From NCBI GenBank assembly GCA_965644315.1, contig CBFFRQ010000069.1, positions 620,001-684,000 of the forward strand: DNA of 64,000 nucleotides. The letters are read 5' to 3'. Shown here one piece after another: positions 12,201-24,200 of this stretch (its first letter is position 1; every line of letters begins with the position of its first letter). Under the pieces are notes generated by a model. The model saw only the letters and a program-made list of their open reading frames with translations. It had not been told where the DNA came from and did no database searches. This stretch comes from Caecitellus pseudoparvulus. Its lineage: Eukaryota; Protista; Bigyra: Bicosoecida. The translations under genes were made by a program, and so were the position numbers.

Positions 12201-15200
12201 CTCCACGCCGCCTGACACCAGCTGCTTACCCTCGGCTTCAGAGGCGTGCTTGAAGAGGATGCTAATGCTAGCAGCATTGCCACGCACACGCAGCCCATCT
12301 TCGGCCGCCTCCAGGCTCTCCTCGGCAGGGATGGCAGGAGCAGGGGCGCTCGCACCACCGCCGGTCGCGCCGACCAGACGCAGGTGGTAGTTGCCGCTCG
12401 TGTCAGGGTACGGGTACACATTGGAGCTGCCGTCGTGGTCCCACTTGACGCGAATCCAGTTCTCGGAGTCACCAGGGCCATCAACGGTGCCCTCACACCC
12501 TGCACCACCGTCTTGCTGGCCCCAGTCCCAGTGCTCGGGGTCGCGCACAACACGGTCGCCAGGCTTCAACGGCGGGTGCGGGTCGACTGGAGCGGAAGGC
12601 GCGTCCACCTTGGTTGTTGCAGCCGCGCTGGACTTGAACACGTGGTCGCCACCTGCAAGGGAGGTGATGTCGCCTTCGTACATGTACGCAGCGGGGATGG
12701 TGCCAGCGGTGGTGCTGGACGCATCGCCGATGACGACGATGTCACCTTCGCCCCCTTCCAGCGCAGCGGGCGCGGCGACAGTGAGCACTTCCCCAGGTTG
12801 CAGGGACGTGGCTGAATCCATGACCACGCGCAGGGCAGAGGCGCCAGGCACCACCACCTTCGATTTCCACAAGCCGGGTCCGTCTGTGGCTGGGTGACAC
12901 GTCTCCACGACCTTGGTGTGCGTGCTCGCGAAGTGCGCGGCAAACAGGCCACGCAAGAGGGAGTGTGGGGGCATGCCTGACGCAAGCTCGCGCGCGATGC
13001 CGGCCACACGGGCCAAGTGGTCAAACCACGGGGCCTTGGACAGCAGCGCCGCTGCGCTGCCGCGGTCAGCTGTGCCCGCTCCAGTCAGGAATGTGCTCAG
13101 GCCGTCCCCAGCGCCCAGCAGCTTGCTTGTCGCGCCGTCCTCTGCGGCCGACCCTGACCCCGCAGTGGCCCCGCTGATGCTGCGCTGCAGCATGAGGGGC
13201 GCAGGGCCAGGCATGGCAGGCAGGGCTGTGACCGTGGCGCGCACGAACACACTGTCGGTCACGGCGCCCAGCCACACGGCAGGGTACACTTCAGTGACCT
13301 CCAGGGGCGCTCCAGCGTTGCCGTACAGCAGCCCCTCGTCAGATGCCAGCGGCGCTTCCTCGCCAGCCTCCCCAGAGAGGATGGGGGGCAGGGGTGTCCC
13401 GTTGCAGGACAAAATCAAGCGCCTGCGGGGCGTGTCCAGGGTGATCCCAACCAGATCCCCCTCACACACTTGCCGGCCCACGTCCACACTGGCGGCAGGC
13501 GTGAGGCTGGCAGCACCGTGCACATCGAAAATGTGCACGGTGCTGCCCTTCCACACGATGGCAGGCATGGCGTGCCCGGCACTGTCCCGACGCACGAGGC
13601 CCACTGCAACACTGCCTTCCTCCGCAGCCTTGAGCACGTGCAGGCGCACAGCAGCAACAGGGTCGGCCAGGCTGTCCCGCAGGTACATCGGCTCGTCCAC
13701 CATGGCGAGGAAGCCCACCGTCCAAACTGCTGGGTGCACGCTGGAGGACAGCTGCCCCACATGGGACAGGCTCTCGTCAGCTGTGGGCAGCATGCCACGG
13801 CAAACCACCGCCGTGCCATCTTCCACCACGTCCACCTGTGGAGGCAACGCCTCTGCATCGAAGAAAAGCGGCTTCTTGGACTTGCCAGCAGCTGAGGGGG
13901 GAGCCAACGGGGGCAGGGAGCTGCCACCTTGCGCGGGAGGGTCGGAGGGTGTGCCACCAGTCTTGTGCTTGCGGCGCAGGGCGGCGACCCGGGTGGCGAA
14001 GGCAGCAATGGAGGCAAATGGAGCGACGGCCTTGAGGCTGTCCAGGAGGGAAATGGCAGTCTCGGCCATAGCCTGGTCGGCAGGGTCGAACTGCTTGTCC
14101 ACACTCGCGCCGGCCTCCGCCTCAGCCAAGGCGCCACCACAGGCCGTCAGCATGAACTGCGTCTCAGAGATGAGCGTCAGCAGGTTCTTGCCCTTCAAAA
14201 AGTCAGGTGTGGCGGTGGCGGAGAGTGCAGTGGCTGAGCGCGCTTCATGGCCGAGCAGGCCAACCATCGCTCCGATCGTGTTGCGCATGACTGACTTCAG
14301 GGATCGGAAGTACTGCTTCATCGCTGCAGGCACTGACGCAGAGGACGGGGGTGCAACACGCCCCACCATGGGGCTCTCCGCAATGCTGGACATGAACAGC
14401 CCCCGCAAAGTCTTGAACGTGCGTGGGCTGAGCAGGGCACCCAGCAGCTCGCTGCGGGTGGCGCCAGCCGCCAGCTGGCGGCCGGTGTTGGACAGAGAGC
14501 GCAGCAGCCAGCATGCCGCCGCCACAGCTGCAAGGGATGGCAACTGCTGCACATTCCACTCCTCCTCACCTGCAGCTGCGCCTGCGCCAGCAGAGCTTGC
14601 TGAGATGCCGGCGCCACCAGCGTTGAGCAGAGTCACCACGGCCCTTGCCACGGCATCCACGCCGAACTGCGAGCCTGCTCCGTGGGCAACCATGTTGTGC
14701 AGCTGGTTTGCCAAGGGCGCAGCGGTACCTGTAGGCACAGCCAGCACGCCAGGTGCGACGGCACCCATGGAGTCGATTCGGGCGACAACGAGGCGCTCGA
14801 ATGCGGAGAGCAAGAAACCCACGAGGCGGCTGCGGCGCGCCGCCTGCTCTTCAGGAGTTGCCGAGCTGGAAACAGCCATGGCCGCCATGGAGGCGTCCTG
14901 AGCCAGGCGGCCCTCCAGGCTTCCCAATGCAGCCAGAGTGAACAGGGAGCCACGCGCTCCCACCCAGCCCTGTAGGGGGTGTGTGCTGCCAGCACCCCCC
15001 TCAACAGGCGTGTCCTCTGCCGCACCATCCTGCACGCGGAATGCGGGGTGCTTGTATGCAGCGGAGGCCTTTGGCGCGCCTGACTGGTCTGACAGGGGGG
15101 CAATGCTCACATCTGCAGTGCGCTGGTACCACTCGGCGTCCACCACAGCTGGCAAGCCGCCCGCTGTCGTGCTGCCTTGCACGGCCGTTGCACCACGCTG

Positions 15201-18200
15201 GACGGAGATTGGGGTGGCAGCCCCTGCCACGGACGAAGACGTGGCCGCTTGCCCGGCGGCATCCTTGGCACGCACGAGCGCAAAAGCCACCGCCTGCTCC
15301 AGAGCAGCCGCATCCATGCGAGAGAGCGCGTACACAAGGGTGCCCTCTGCTTCTTCCTTCTTGCGGGCAGGCTCTTGCAGGAGGCTGGAGCCAGCTGCGG
15401 ACATGATGGCCGACAGGGCCGACGACAGACCGCTCTTGGCGTCGGCGGCGAGCTTCAGCAACAGGTCGCTGTCGCTCTGCAGCAGCTTGACCATCACGCG
15501 CAGGATGCGCACTCGAAGCAGCGCAGAGCTCAGCTGATCCGGGGTCACCTCGTGTGACAACATGTCTGCCTTGTGCAGCGCCTCACCAGACGCAGGCAGG
15601 ACAGTCGGGATGGAGTTGGGAATGACGACAGCCTCGCTGCGGGTGTCCAGCAGGACCCTGACCAGGTCAAACAGCGCCCGCATGGCGCCGCTGGCACCAC
15701 CGGAGGAGCTGAGCCCCACAGCATCCAAGGCCTTCAGCGTGACTGAGGCTGGCGTAGGAACAGGCGTCAGCTTCGACAGGGCGGTGTACGGCAGCACGGT
15801 GCCATCAGAGGCAGTGACGATGGCAAACACTCCTTGCCCGGCGTCTTTCGGCGCGCCCCCAGACGCTGCGAGGACCGCACCTTCTGCCGCCAGCGGCACC
15901 TGAGCAGTGACCACTGCCTCCACACCGCCGAGACTGCTCCCGGCGTCAGACGACAGCACGACAGAGCCGGGCGCCACGCCGTCCATGGAGCCTCCCAACA
16001 CAGCCAGGGCTGCGCCGAGAGTGGCAGGTTGAGACATGCCTGCCTCCAGGGCCGCTTGCAAGGCCGTAGCGGCGCCAGCCTTCCAGGCAGCCCCGAACAC
16101 TGCGTCTTCGGCAGGCGTCAACAGGCTCTGCACCAGGCGAACAATGCGAGTGCCCACCGCAGCGGTGAAGGAACCGGGGCGCTGAAGCGGTGCCTTGACA
16201 CCGTCCCGTACCGTGGCTGGGCTGGTGTCCACTGGCGTGCTGGCAGGGTGCAGTGCCGCACCGGCGTACTTCAACAGTGCTCCAACCACAACTGTGCACG
16301 AGCCTACATCACCTGGCGTGGCATCCGCCACCTCTGCACCACCGCTTCCATCTTCTGCTGACCCCAGGGAAAGGGAAGCCGCTGAGCCGGGTCGGGGAGT
16401 GGCTGCGCCATCCATGCCTCGCGCGACAGTGCGCTGCAAGCCCGAGATGGCGGCATCAGGCTTGGTGCCTGGGAGGATGTCCTCCAATAAAGCAACAGCC
16501 TCCATTGCGGACACCAGGGAGCTGCCCACCACCAACTGCAGCAAGGCCCCCACAACAGCAGCGTCTGACACCTCGTTCTGCCCGAACGCTGACTTGGACA
16601 CCTCGGTGACGAGGGAGAGAGCAGTCGCGACACTCGCACCAGTCAACTGCAAGAAACGGGTGCCCTCGCCGGCCGCAATGGGCACCTTCTGCAGCGGGCA
16701 CAGCGGATGGCTCTCCTCTGCCAGCGTCTGCGCCGTGACGCGAGGCAGGGAGGCAAAGGGTGCGATCTGCACACCAGACACGAAGGCACCAGCTGCCACC
16801 ATGTCCCCGGGGTTGGCACCGCCGCCCAAAGGCGCAAGGGGTGGGGGAAGCATGTCCACCTCTGGAGCTCCTGGAGCCCTGGATGCAGCGTCAGCCAACA
16901 GCTGCCTCACTGCCAAGGGCTCAGAGTTCAAGACGAGGGGGGCGCCGAACACCAGCGGCGCCGAGTTTACCACCACGTCCTCCAGGTTGGACAAAGTGCT
17001 GGACACCTCCTCGCCACCCGCAGCGCCTCGGCGGAGGGCTTGGATACGCTTGGACATAGACGCCTTCAACGTTTCAGCTGCGTCCTTCATGGCCTTGGCC
17101 TTCATGGCCTTGGCCTTCACGTCATCGGCCACGACGCTGCCAAGGGCAGAGGCGCCTGCCGGCAAGGGGTACTTCAAGTCATCACCAAGGCCGCCTCCGA
17201 ACGCATACTTGACCTTGGTGCTGCTGTTGCCACACACGCCTGGGCGCATGCCGCCGGAGAAGTCGATGCCTGTGAAAGCGAGGCCCATGGGCGCAGCCCA
17301 CTTGCCGTCGAGAGAGAAGGACATGGTCCTTTCATCCAGGTCGACAAGGCAGCCCACGACGCTGTTGGAGCTCCAGGAGGCACCCCAAGTAGTAGAGCCG
17401 TTGTGCCACTTCTTCACACGGTCGCCATCATATGCCCACGAGTGAGCACAGTCCCCGACACCAGCACCGCCGCTACTGTTTCCGCTGTACAGGTCATCGA
17501 TCCAGCCCACCTGGATGCAGCGCGAAGCACCCTCCAGCAGCGTCGCCTCGTAGTACCACTTGCCAGATGTCACACGCAAAGAGTCCAGCGTGACGGTGGG
17601 GAAGCCTCGGGAAACGGAGAATGTCAGGCCGTCCATATCAAGCTCCGCAGAGCCTGTCGTGCACTTCATGGGAGCGTGCAGGGAAGGCACGACCTTGTCG
17701 GAGTCGGTGGCTGATGGGTACTTGGGTGTGGCAGTGGCCCACCATCCCTGCTCCGTGCCAGACCCGTCAGTGTACCAGTACAGGGAGAAGGAAGACGCCG
17801 GGATGAGCAGGGGCGGGTTGTCGTTCATGCCCGGGAACTTGGTGCCCGTGTACATCTCTTCCCCGAAGTAGTCTTGCTTATCCTCGCCTGTGCCTCGCAG
17901 GAATCGCACGTAGTCATAGCGCTCCTCAGTCTTGCTGCGTGGGTCGAAGGTAATCTCGATCGCCAGAGCACCTGGGAACTCGACGTGGGTGGTTTCGCGG
18001 GTGTTGTTCTCGTACGGGTGCTTGCTCTCCAAAGTCCGAGGGGGTGCCTGCTTCACCGCGGAGACGGTGGGCGGCTGCCACATAGACTCAGGCAGCGGCC
18101 GGGCAGCGACCAGTTCGCCATTGATGAACAGTCGCGCAGACAACAAGTCCTGCGTGAGGGTGACGTGGCTCCACGTGTCAGGGGGCAGGGCCTTGAAAGA

Positions 18201-21200
18201 CAGCATGCGGAAAGTGGCGTCAGAGACACCCGTCCCTTCGCTGTCGGCACCTGCCTCCTCGCGGAACGACAGCTCGTACACCAGCTGGCGGTTGTTTGCC
18301 ATGCGCATGGCCAGGCGCTGCAATGGGAAGAGGGCCTCGCCACCGCCCACCAGCGGTGCAGAGTACCCCTTGCTCCACAGCAGGCCACCGACAGAGGTTC
18401 GCTCAACTGGGGCAGTGGAGACATCCACGCCGCCGCCCCGCACGGACGAAGAGGCCATGGGCTGCCCGTGAACCAGGTTCACGGCGCGCACTTCAGGCGA
18501 GTGACTGGCTTCCTTGCTGCTGAAGCCCACGGCAAACTGCACGATGGAGGTGGGAGTGACAGGCACACAGTCATGCACGACGCCAAAGCTCGTCTCCCCG
18601 ACCTTGTACGCAAAACGCAGTGCAAGGCCTGACGGGCCAGCAGGCACGACTTCCACGCCCAAGCGCACGCGGCGCTTCACCACCACGACAGTCGGCGCTG
18701 CTGCTGCGCCGCCCCCGCCGGCTTCAGGAACCGTTTCCAGCTCCTCCAACACTGCGTTCCACCCCGACTGCTCAGGGAAATCCACGTGGCAGTCAGTGGA
18801 CCCAGACATGTCGCGAATTGTGCCGACGGAGGAATGCTTCACGCTGCCCCATCCATACCTGGGGCTAGACACCTCTGCCCTCACACGCACCTTGTCGCCA
18901 ACACGCAGGGCGCTGCCCGTCCTCACTGGCTCGACGACGGGGGCTGCTGCTGCGGCAGAGCCAGCGGACATGCCAGCGCCCAGCACTGCAACGTCGTCCT
19001 TCCTGCCATCAGCCTTGACCACGTACACTGCCGTGTCTTTCAAGCGCACCATGTACGCATCTCCATTCACAGTCACACCGAAGGACACCTCACCCTCCTC
19101 CGACGGGGGTGGCCCCACGACGAACTCAGCGACTGAAGCGCCGCTCAGAGGCAGAGGCTCCTCCAGCACGGCAAGGGCACCGGGTTGTTTGGGTGCCGGC
19201 TGCTTCTGCCGCACAGTCACCTTGTCGTCGTCCACTGCCAGCTTGGCATCCACCTGCCAGACGGTGGGCAGCGCAACTGGGTGCTCCAGCAGTGTCTCCG
19301 TTGGGGACACGATGACAGGAGGCAGGGCAGCAATGGGGCCTTCAGGCTCGTCGCCGTCGGCAGCAGCATCGCCAGCAGCAGCGCCACCCGCGTCTGCAGA
19401 AAGCTTCGGCTTGATCTCGTCCGTCTCGAAGTACACCATCTCCGCGACGCCTCCTGGTCCGTACGTGAAGACGGCAGGGTAGTAAGTCTCGACAGGCAAA
19501 TCCCCTGGAGCCACGAGGACGTGCGTGCCGCGAGGGTTGGTGTATGTAATGCTGCGGGCATCGCAGTCCAAGGTGAAGGTGGCCTCCTCGTCCGAGTGCA
19601 GCTTCAACGCCTCGCCACTCAGGCGCGCCTGCTTGCGACCCTTGTGGTGCACGACGCCGTTGTAGCACCGCACCAGGTACGCGCCACAGGCAGCGAGGTC
19701 GTAGTTCTCGTTGCCGATGGTTCGCTTGCTGAAGCCGAGAACGAGCCCCTCGTTGCCGACTGTCTGGTCTCGTGTCACAAACTTCACCACCATGCGTCCT
19801 GACTTGATGCCCTTGTTGAAGCGCACACAGGAGCGCTTGTCGCCCTTGACGGTCGTGCTGCTCAGCACTTGCATCGCCTTGCGGGTGGTGGAGGAGTCCC
19901 ACTCAGCACCAGCATCAATGGCTGCCTGCATGCCAGGTGCGACCCCAGTTGGTGCTGCCTCCACCTCGAAAGGGGTGTACTCCAACTTCGTCAGCTTCAC
20001 CGAGCAGCCGTTAGAGTATACCAGAGCACAAGGGAACAGCTCCTGTCCCGCCTTCAAGCTGCGGGAGGTGGTCAGCTCCCAGCTTCCACGGGGGTTGGTG
20101 TACACAAGCTTGGGCTTGCTGCTGCCGTCACCGCACTCCAGCTTGAACGACACCACCTCGTCGGGGTGGAACTTCATCTCTGTGCGAGTGACATGGGCAC
20201 TGCCATGCTGGTACAGCGCACCGTTGTACGCCCGCACGACCAGCGGGGCACTGGAGGAGCTGTCATAGTCAGCGCTGCGCATGTCGGCGACACACACGCC
20301 CAGCAGGCCGTGCTCATTGCGAACGCTGTCGTCCTCGATGCGCACGCTCCACTCCAGGGTGCCCGTCGAAATGCCATGGTTCAGGAGAATGCCGCTGGTG
20401 TCCCGTGCCTTCACGTGCAGCTTGCTGCCGCCCACCATGTCCCAGGAGCCCTTTGCACCGGAAATGTTCCACTCAGCACTGGCGAGGCTGATGCTGCCAG
20501 AGCTGGCCACCTCCACTTCCTCTGCGTCAGCATCGTCGCCGAAGGCAGCAGCCAGGCGCGCCGCACGGTCTGCAGACCCAGCAGCGCCAAGCTGCACCCC
20601 TTCCAACTTGGCATCGTCAGAAGCCACCATGGACACAATGGTGGCCTCAGCACTGCCCCCCGTGTAAAAGTGCACGGCGGGGAAAAGGGGGCCTTCCAGT
20701 CCAGTGAACAAGGTCATGTGCTCGCCCCCCGGCGCCAGAGCCATGGTGAGCGTGCCGCCTGCGCCGCCTTCAGGCAGTGTCAGGGTAAACTCGCGCGTGC
20801 ACGCCTCGGGCATCTTACGCGCACTTTCATCCCCGCGGCTCTGAGCCTGGCCAGAGGCGACCAGCTTGCCGTCAAAGCCTCGCACAGCCCACACCTTGCA
20901 GCTGCGGTTGAGAAGCTTGGCGCTGCCCATCGTGGCCTCCGCCACGCCCAAGCTCACAGTCTGGCGACCTTCACTCTTCACCTTCACTTGCCATGTCAGG
21001 GAGCCGCTGGCAAGCCCAGCGTTGGTGTGGACACAGCCTTCGCGAGAAGCAGATGTTGCCACACGGGGCTTAGCGGGGGTCGTCGTCAAGACGCCGGTGG
21101 CGGCACCTGCGTCCCACGCCACGGCGCGCATGAGGCCAGAAGTCAAGGGTGCCGCTGTCTCCAGCACGGCATCGCCACGGGAACGCTTGGGCATGGGCAC

Positions 21201-24200
21201 AGTGGGGGCGTACACCCACATGGACATGGTGTATGTGTCGCTCACGACCGCACCAGGCGCGACACGAGGGGCGCCCTCCAGGAACACGGGCACAGCCGTG
21301 TCCCCACCGAGGAAAGTGAGGGTGCCTGGGGAGGCAACGGGCGGCATGGGGGCCGTGGGCACAAGCTCCACGTCGTCGCCTTCACCGGCCAGACCCTCCA
21401 TGCCCAGCAGCTGCAGGCTGCGGGCATCGGCCGCGCCAAGCAGGGCTTCACGCGCGATGTGTACGAGGGAGCGCTGCATGTTCGTGGACATACGCGCGGG
21501 CGTGGAGGCGGCGGTGGCCACCGCGATGGCAGTCTGCTGCCCCTCCAAGCCCACCAGGCGGGCAAGCAGCACACGCAGAATCGCATCAGCCATCATGCGG
21601 GGGCTGCACAACTCCTGGATGGCCGTGGCGTCGCTGGACAAGTCGTCCTCTGCGCCAACCAGCACCTCTTCGCCACCCTTGCTCTCACTGGCGCCCGCGC
21701 CAGCTGCTGCAGGGGCAGGGGGGGCGCTGCCAGTCGCAAGGAGGCGGCGCAGAAGGGGCAAGAGGGCGATGTCCTGCAGCATGCTGATGTCGCCGACGTT
21801 GTAGTCCTGTGCCAGGACCAGAAGGGCCACCTGCTTCGACGCCGTGTGCGCGGAAGCGTCAGAGGCGACGCGGATGGCGTGCTGCAGCACCTCCTTGCAC
21901 GCAGCCAGCACCTGTGCGACGGCAGCAGGGGACGCGCCCTCCAAGTTGGTGAGCATGTGCACACTTGTGGAGGCAGCAGCCAAGTCGCTGTCGGCCTGGT
22001 CTTGCGAGGGAGCCTTGCCGCGCCGCAGACCACGCAGCAGCCACTTGAACACGTTTGCCGCAGCTTGGGGGCTGGTGCAGCCGCCCAACAGGCTGGATGC
22101 GAGGCGGAAGCCGTCAGCACGGGCTTGGGCCGCCGTGGAGCGCGAGTCCAGTGCCCGACGCACACACTCAGTGAGGGCATCTTGCCCAGCCTCCAAACGG
22201 TCGGCCATGAGGGCCTCCGCGGACGCCACCTGGCACACAAAGCGGTTGACTTGGGCGGACACAGCGGCGTGCGACGAGGTGACCGCACCCCGTGAGCCTG
22301 ACTTGGCATCCTGTCGCTTCGAGTGCACAGCATCGCCGATTGCTTTCTGGAAGCTGAGCATGGTGCGCAGCTCGGCAGCTGCTGTGGCCTGGGTGACCAC
22401 TGCGTCGAACGCGTCGGATTCACCCTCTGCTTCGGGGCTTGCCGCCCCCGCCGCCGCAGCGAGGCGCTTCATGCTCGTGCCAAGTTGAGCCCACCGCTTG
22501 GCAGCCGTGGACGGTGTGACAACACGGGTTGTCAGCAGCAGGGCGGCGCGCTGGCGCACCGACTCCGCTGCAGCCAGGACAGCAAGCTCGCCCTTAGCCT
22601 CTGTCTCAAGCATGGCTTCCAGACGGGCGGTCGCGGCTTCAGGGTCATTGCCAAAGTCCTCAGCGTCCTTGCTCTCCTTGCTCTCCAAACCGCCCTCTCC
22701 TTCCTTGCTCTCAGTATCCAAGGCAGGGTGGGCAGCGGCGGCAGCAAGCAGTGCCTCATGGCTGACCCGGGCCGCTCCTTCGCGGGTGATCCACGTGCGC
22801 ACCTTTTGGGCATCACTCCACACCTTGCGCAAGGCGAATGAAGCCTTGACAGGCCCCGAGCTGGTGCCAGCTGCCTTGGCTGCCAGTGCTGCAGCGAGCT
22901 TGCGTGCTTCTCCTCCCAAGTGCGCATGACGAAGAGCTGCTGCGATCACGGTACGCACAGCCTTGTTGAGCTCTGCAAGCTTGCCGCGTGCGCCAGGCGT
23001 CTTCTTTCGCATGAAGGCGTTCATGGCTGCAGCACCCTGCTCGTCAGAGTTCTCCACAAGTGCGGCCAGGAAGGCGTCAATGTCCTCTGGGCGCTGGGAG
23101 GCGGCAGACGCCGGGCGAGTGTCTGCGCCAACACCGCCAGCCACCAGCGGATTGCTGATGGCCTTGGAAATGACCTCTGGCACGGCAGCACCAGTGCTGC
23201 CCCCGACGAGGGCCTGAATGAGCCAGCCAATGGAGTTTGCCGTGGCATTTGCCATGGCCACAGTGCGTGATGGGGCCTTCTCCGTGTGGAATTTGGGGAT
23301 GTGCCCGGTGGCTGTGAGCTCCCAGCCCCACTCTGTCCCAGACCCATCTGTGACGAAGTGCAGCCAGGCTCGCTCACCGGGAATCTCAAGAGGGGGCAGG
23401 CCAGAGCCTGGCCATGACCGCCCCGAGTACTTCGACCCGAATTGCTGGCTAGACGAGCTCTGCGATTCATGAATCTGCACCCAGTCGTACCCAGTCTCGG
23501 TGTGAGTCCGGGTGTCGAACACAACCGTCATCTTGCTTGCGCCAGGCACGTGAATCTCCTTCCACAGATCCGTACTGTTCTCGTACGGGTGCTTGGAGGC
23601 GAGAGATACCACTGCCGTGACTTCATCGCGCACTTCAACCTCGACCGAGCGGCGCTCCTCTGGCTCCAAGGCAACCAGCTCCTGCAGAGCACCATGCAAG
23701 CCGACGACTGCAGCCGTCAGCCCTGGCATCCCCGCGATGGCCTCGGGGTTGCTGGAACCCAGCGCGGTCAGCACTGTGTTCACGGAGCCCACGAGGGGCT
23801 GGATGTAGTCGATGATAGCCTTCACCCCCAGTCCAGTCAGAGACGAGCTTGAGCAGGAGACAGTGCCACACATCATGCTGCCAGCCTCTGCAGCTGGGAC
23901 CAGAACACGGGCTAGGGAGGCCTTGGAAGCATCCAGCATAGCCTGGGCCTGGAAGCCGCTGGCATCCTCAGCGGCCCTGGACAGGGCTGATGCATGCATG
24001 ACCACGACACGGAACAGCGCTGCGACGACCTTAGCAGCATGGAAGGAGTCTGACGCCATCTGTCCTGTGACAACCCTGTCGGCCTGCTGAGCAGCCACGG
24101 CCAGCAGCAACGAGAACAGGCTGTTGGGGCTGCTGCTTGCAGAGTCTGGGCTCGGGCCAGTCCATGGCAGCGATGCCACTGCTGGGCTCCACGCCAGGCT

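Noticed and set aside
17085-17119. 15-nt tandem duplication encoding KAKAMKAKAMK in the HECT gene
   Set aside because: A simple in-frame slippage duplication in a linker, with no evidence of function.
12913-22295. Long plus-strand ORFs (662 aa at 12913-14901, 416 aa at 16195-17445, 808 aa at 19869-22295) antisense to the HECT gene
   Set aside because: Stop-poor shadow frames are expected opposite GC-rich coding sequence. They have no recognisable motifs, and the minus strand carries clear domains.
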